Below, in pieces: positions 61,795 through 64,000 of a DNA stretch of 64,000 bases. Each line of letters opens with the position of its first letter. The stretch's first letter is position 1. The stretch is from the human T2T-CHM13v2.0 reference genome, Homo sapiens. Under the pieces are notes generated by a model. It saw nothing but the letters and a program-made list of their open reading frames with translations. It made no database searches and was not told where the DNA came from. The position numbers and the translations under genes are program-made. Where the stretch lies: NCBI RefSeq assembly GCF_009914755.1, contig NC_060935.1; one strand, given 5' to 3'.

Positions 61795-62205
61795 ACTGTC
61801 AGAGACTAGAAATAACCTGAATTGTAGGGTAGATAAATTGTGGCATAGTCATATGATGAAATGTTATATATGAAGGAATTACTGCTACATCCAATAATGG
61901 GCAAATTTTGAAAACATGATATTGAGCAAAAGATGCCAGACAGAAGAGTAAATACTATGATACTCTATTTACATAAAGGTTTTTTTGTAAAAGCAAAACT
62001 AATATTTTCGGTTAGAGTTTACCTTTGAGGAAAAAAGGGAGTCATTACTGGGAAGGAGTGTGAAGGGGGCTCCTGGAGAACTTGAGAGTGTTCTAATTTC
62101 TTAAACTGGGTGGTAGTTACATGGGGTGTATTTACTTTGTGAAAACTCATCAAGCTATAAGCCTATGGTTTGTGCAGTTTTTTGGAGGTATGCCATACTT
62201 CAATT
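61795..62205 (+). mobile_element. L1ME/MC 3' fragment
   Basis: ataaattgtggcatagtcata...attactgctacat...gggtggtagttacatggggtgtatttactttgtgaaaactcatcaagct. Confidence 0.7.
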
Positions 62206-62208
62206 AAA

Positions 62209-62401
62209 GCTCAGGAGTTTGAGACCAGCCTGGGCAACATGGTTAAACCCTGTCTCTACTAAAAAATACAAAAGAAATTAGCCGGGCATTGCGGTGCATG
62301 CCTGTAGTCCCAGCTACTTGGGAAGGCTGAGGCAGGAGAATTGCTTGAACTCGGGAGGCGGAGGTTGCAGTGAGCAAAGATTGCACCACCGCACTCCAGC
62401 C
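62209..62401 (+). mobile_element. AluS fragment truncated at both ends
   Basis: Starts tcaggagtttgagacc and stops at cactccagcc, with no normal tail. Confidence 0.85.
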
Positions 62402-62439
62402 AAAAAATCTCTCTCTCTCTCCCTTTCATCAATCTAATC

Positions 62440-62724
62440 AACAAGGTCTCACTCTGTTGCCCAGGTTGTGGTGTAGTGGCACTATCATAGCTCACTGTAA
62501 CCTTGACCGCCTGAGCTCAAGCAGTCCTCCCGCCTTAGCCTCCTGAGTAGCGAGGACTACGAGAATGTACCACCAAATCTGGCTAATTTTCTATTTTTAT
62601 TTTTGATAGAAACAGGATCTCTCTATGTTGACTAGGCTGGTCATGAACTTCTGGCACCAAGTGATCCTCCCGCCTCAGCCTCCCAATGTGCTGGGATTAC
62701 AGGCATGAGACAATGAGCCTGGCC
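62440..62724 (-). mobile_element. AluJ, tail missing
   Basis: acaaggtctcactctgttgcccagg...atcatagctcactg...gggattacaggcatgag...cctggcc. Confidence 0.85.
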
Positions 62725-64000
62725 AAAGATTACTTTTAAAAAATGATGCGGGTAGACGAGATCTCTTTATATGCTTTCAGCCTAGATATTTTAATCTGTA
62801 GATTCAGAAATAAAAGATATTATGGATAACTCTTGTAATTCTAGAAGCATTAGGAGCCTTAGTCCCTGGAGTCATTCATATTTTATGAAAGCTATGAAAG
62901 ACAATTAATAATTTATGTTATTCAAATACACATTTCTTTTAAAATCCCCTTGTTCCAAGAAGTGTGATGTTTTACCTCCTAAAACTTACAAAACAATTTC
63001 CTCTAAATGAGAAAATGAGCTTTATTTTGACTCTGGTGTAAATTAAAATGAAGAAATTGTATTTTTTAAATAAGGAGGAGCGTAGTCGTCATTCTGCTGT
63101 TCAGAGACATTTAACCTCCTCCCCACCCCAGTGAGTTTTAGTTTCTACTATAAACTTATGAGGTGGTTTGGTGGCCTTGGAATGTTGTGGAGATCTCTAC
63201 TCTTCATGCTATCTGATAGGACACTAAGAGCTATTGAATTGGCATTTATTTAGAATAAAGGAACACAAGGGTGATGAAAGGGACATTGGTCTGAGTGATC
63301 ATTATATGTGACTACTGTAACTTTATAAATTGAAATAGATGAATAGTAACTGACCATAGAAATTCAGAAACATACAAAGCTTGAAAGATCATCTAATAAA
63401 GAAGTGACTATCTTCCCATGAGGAGGCATATTCATTTGACTTACCTCATTCTTACCATAGATTCTGGTTATTTATTTATTTTTCCATGCGCATCTTATGT
63501 GAATTAAATATTTATTTATTTCCTTTCACCATCTACAGTCTAAAGGTACTTAGCCTCTGTAACGTACCTGGACTGTGTCTGGTCCAGTACTAAGAGTTTA
63601 CGATCTTATTAAGGGGGAAGTAGGCACTTTTTGTTAATGTAGCCTCATTTTTATCTTTACTTGAGGAAATAAATCTTTTATGATTCCAGATAAAATGTTA
63701 AACTTGGAAAATGCTGCAGAAATGGTATATACGTGATCTAAAAGTTCTTTTATCAAGAATTCTATCATTTATCTTCTTTGGATTATGAGATGATTACTGT
63801 TAGAATTAAGTGCAGTTGTTTTATTTTACCTATCTTGATTTTCAGCTATGTACATTAGTTTTCCCCCTTACTACAGATACATTTGATTTTTATTTCATAA
63901 AATTATCTCATTTCCTTCAGTTGGAAATGATATATATTCTCAAGCTCATCCATTTATTTATATTAGCACAGCTTTCTTTGGAAAGTATATTATCGGAAGG

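Overview
Human (primate) genomic DNA: AT-rich, CpG-poor and dense in repeats. The whole window lies inside DDX10 (DEAD-box helicase 10, + strand). It holds three short coding exons (38835-38954, 41704-41865, 52551-52607; from memory exons 14-16) that encode part of the charged C-terminal tail; the rest is intron. The large upstream intron carries two antisense retrocopies of mitochondrial-protein mRNAs about 3.5 kb apart. One is a cytochrome c (CYCS) processed pseudogene with an uninterrupted 105-codon ORF and ancestral residues. The other is a decayed, easily missed TOMM5 retrocopy with poly(A) signal, tail remnant and a 13-bp target-site duplication. Repeats include about 20 Alus, an L1PB-like element, L2/MIR remnants, Tigger-family MITEs, a MER51-family solo LTR, an MLT1 LTR and a chimeric MLT2A LTR. 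I see no convincing new multi-gene system. The best leads are the two retrocopies, a stop-free all-phase-0 exon cassette flanked by inverted Alus (candidate circRNA with an endless ORF), a T58-AG antisense-Alu cryptic acceptor, a chimeric MLT2A LTR with DUX4-like sites and a splice donor, and several templated-insertion or template-switch scars. Most ORFs in the supplied track are Alu/L1 or chance ORFs. Repeat subfamily names and parent-gene comparisons come from memory of consensus sequences, not from a search.
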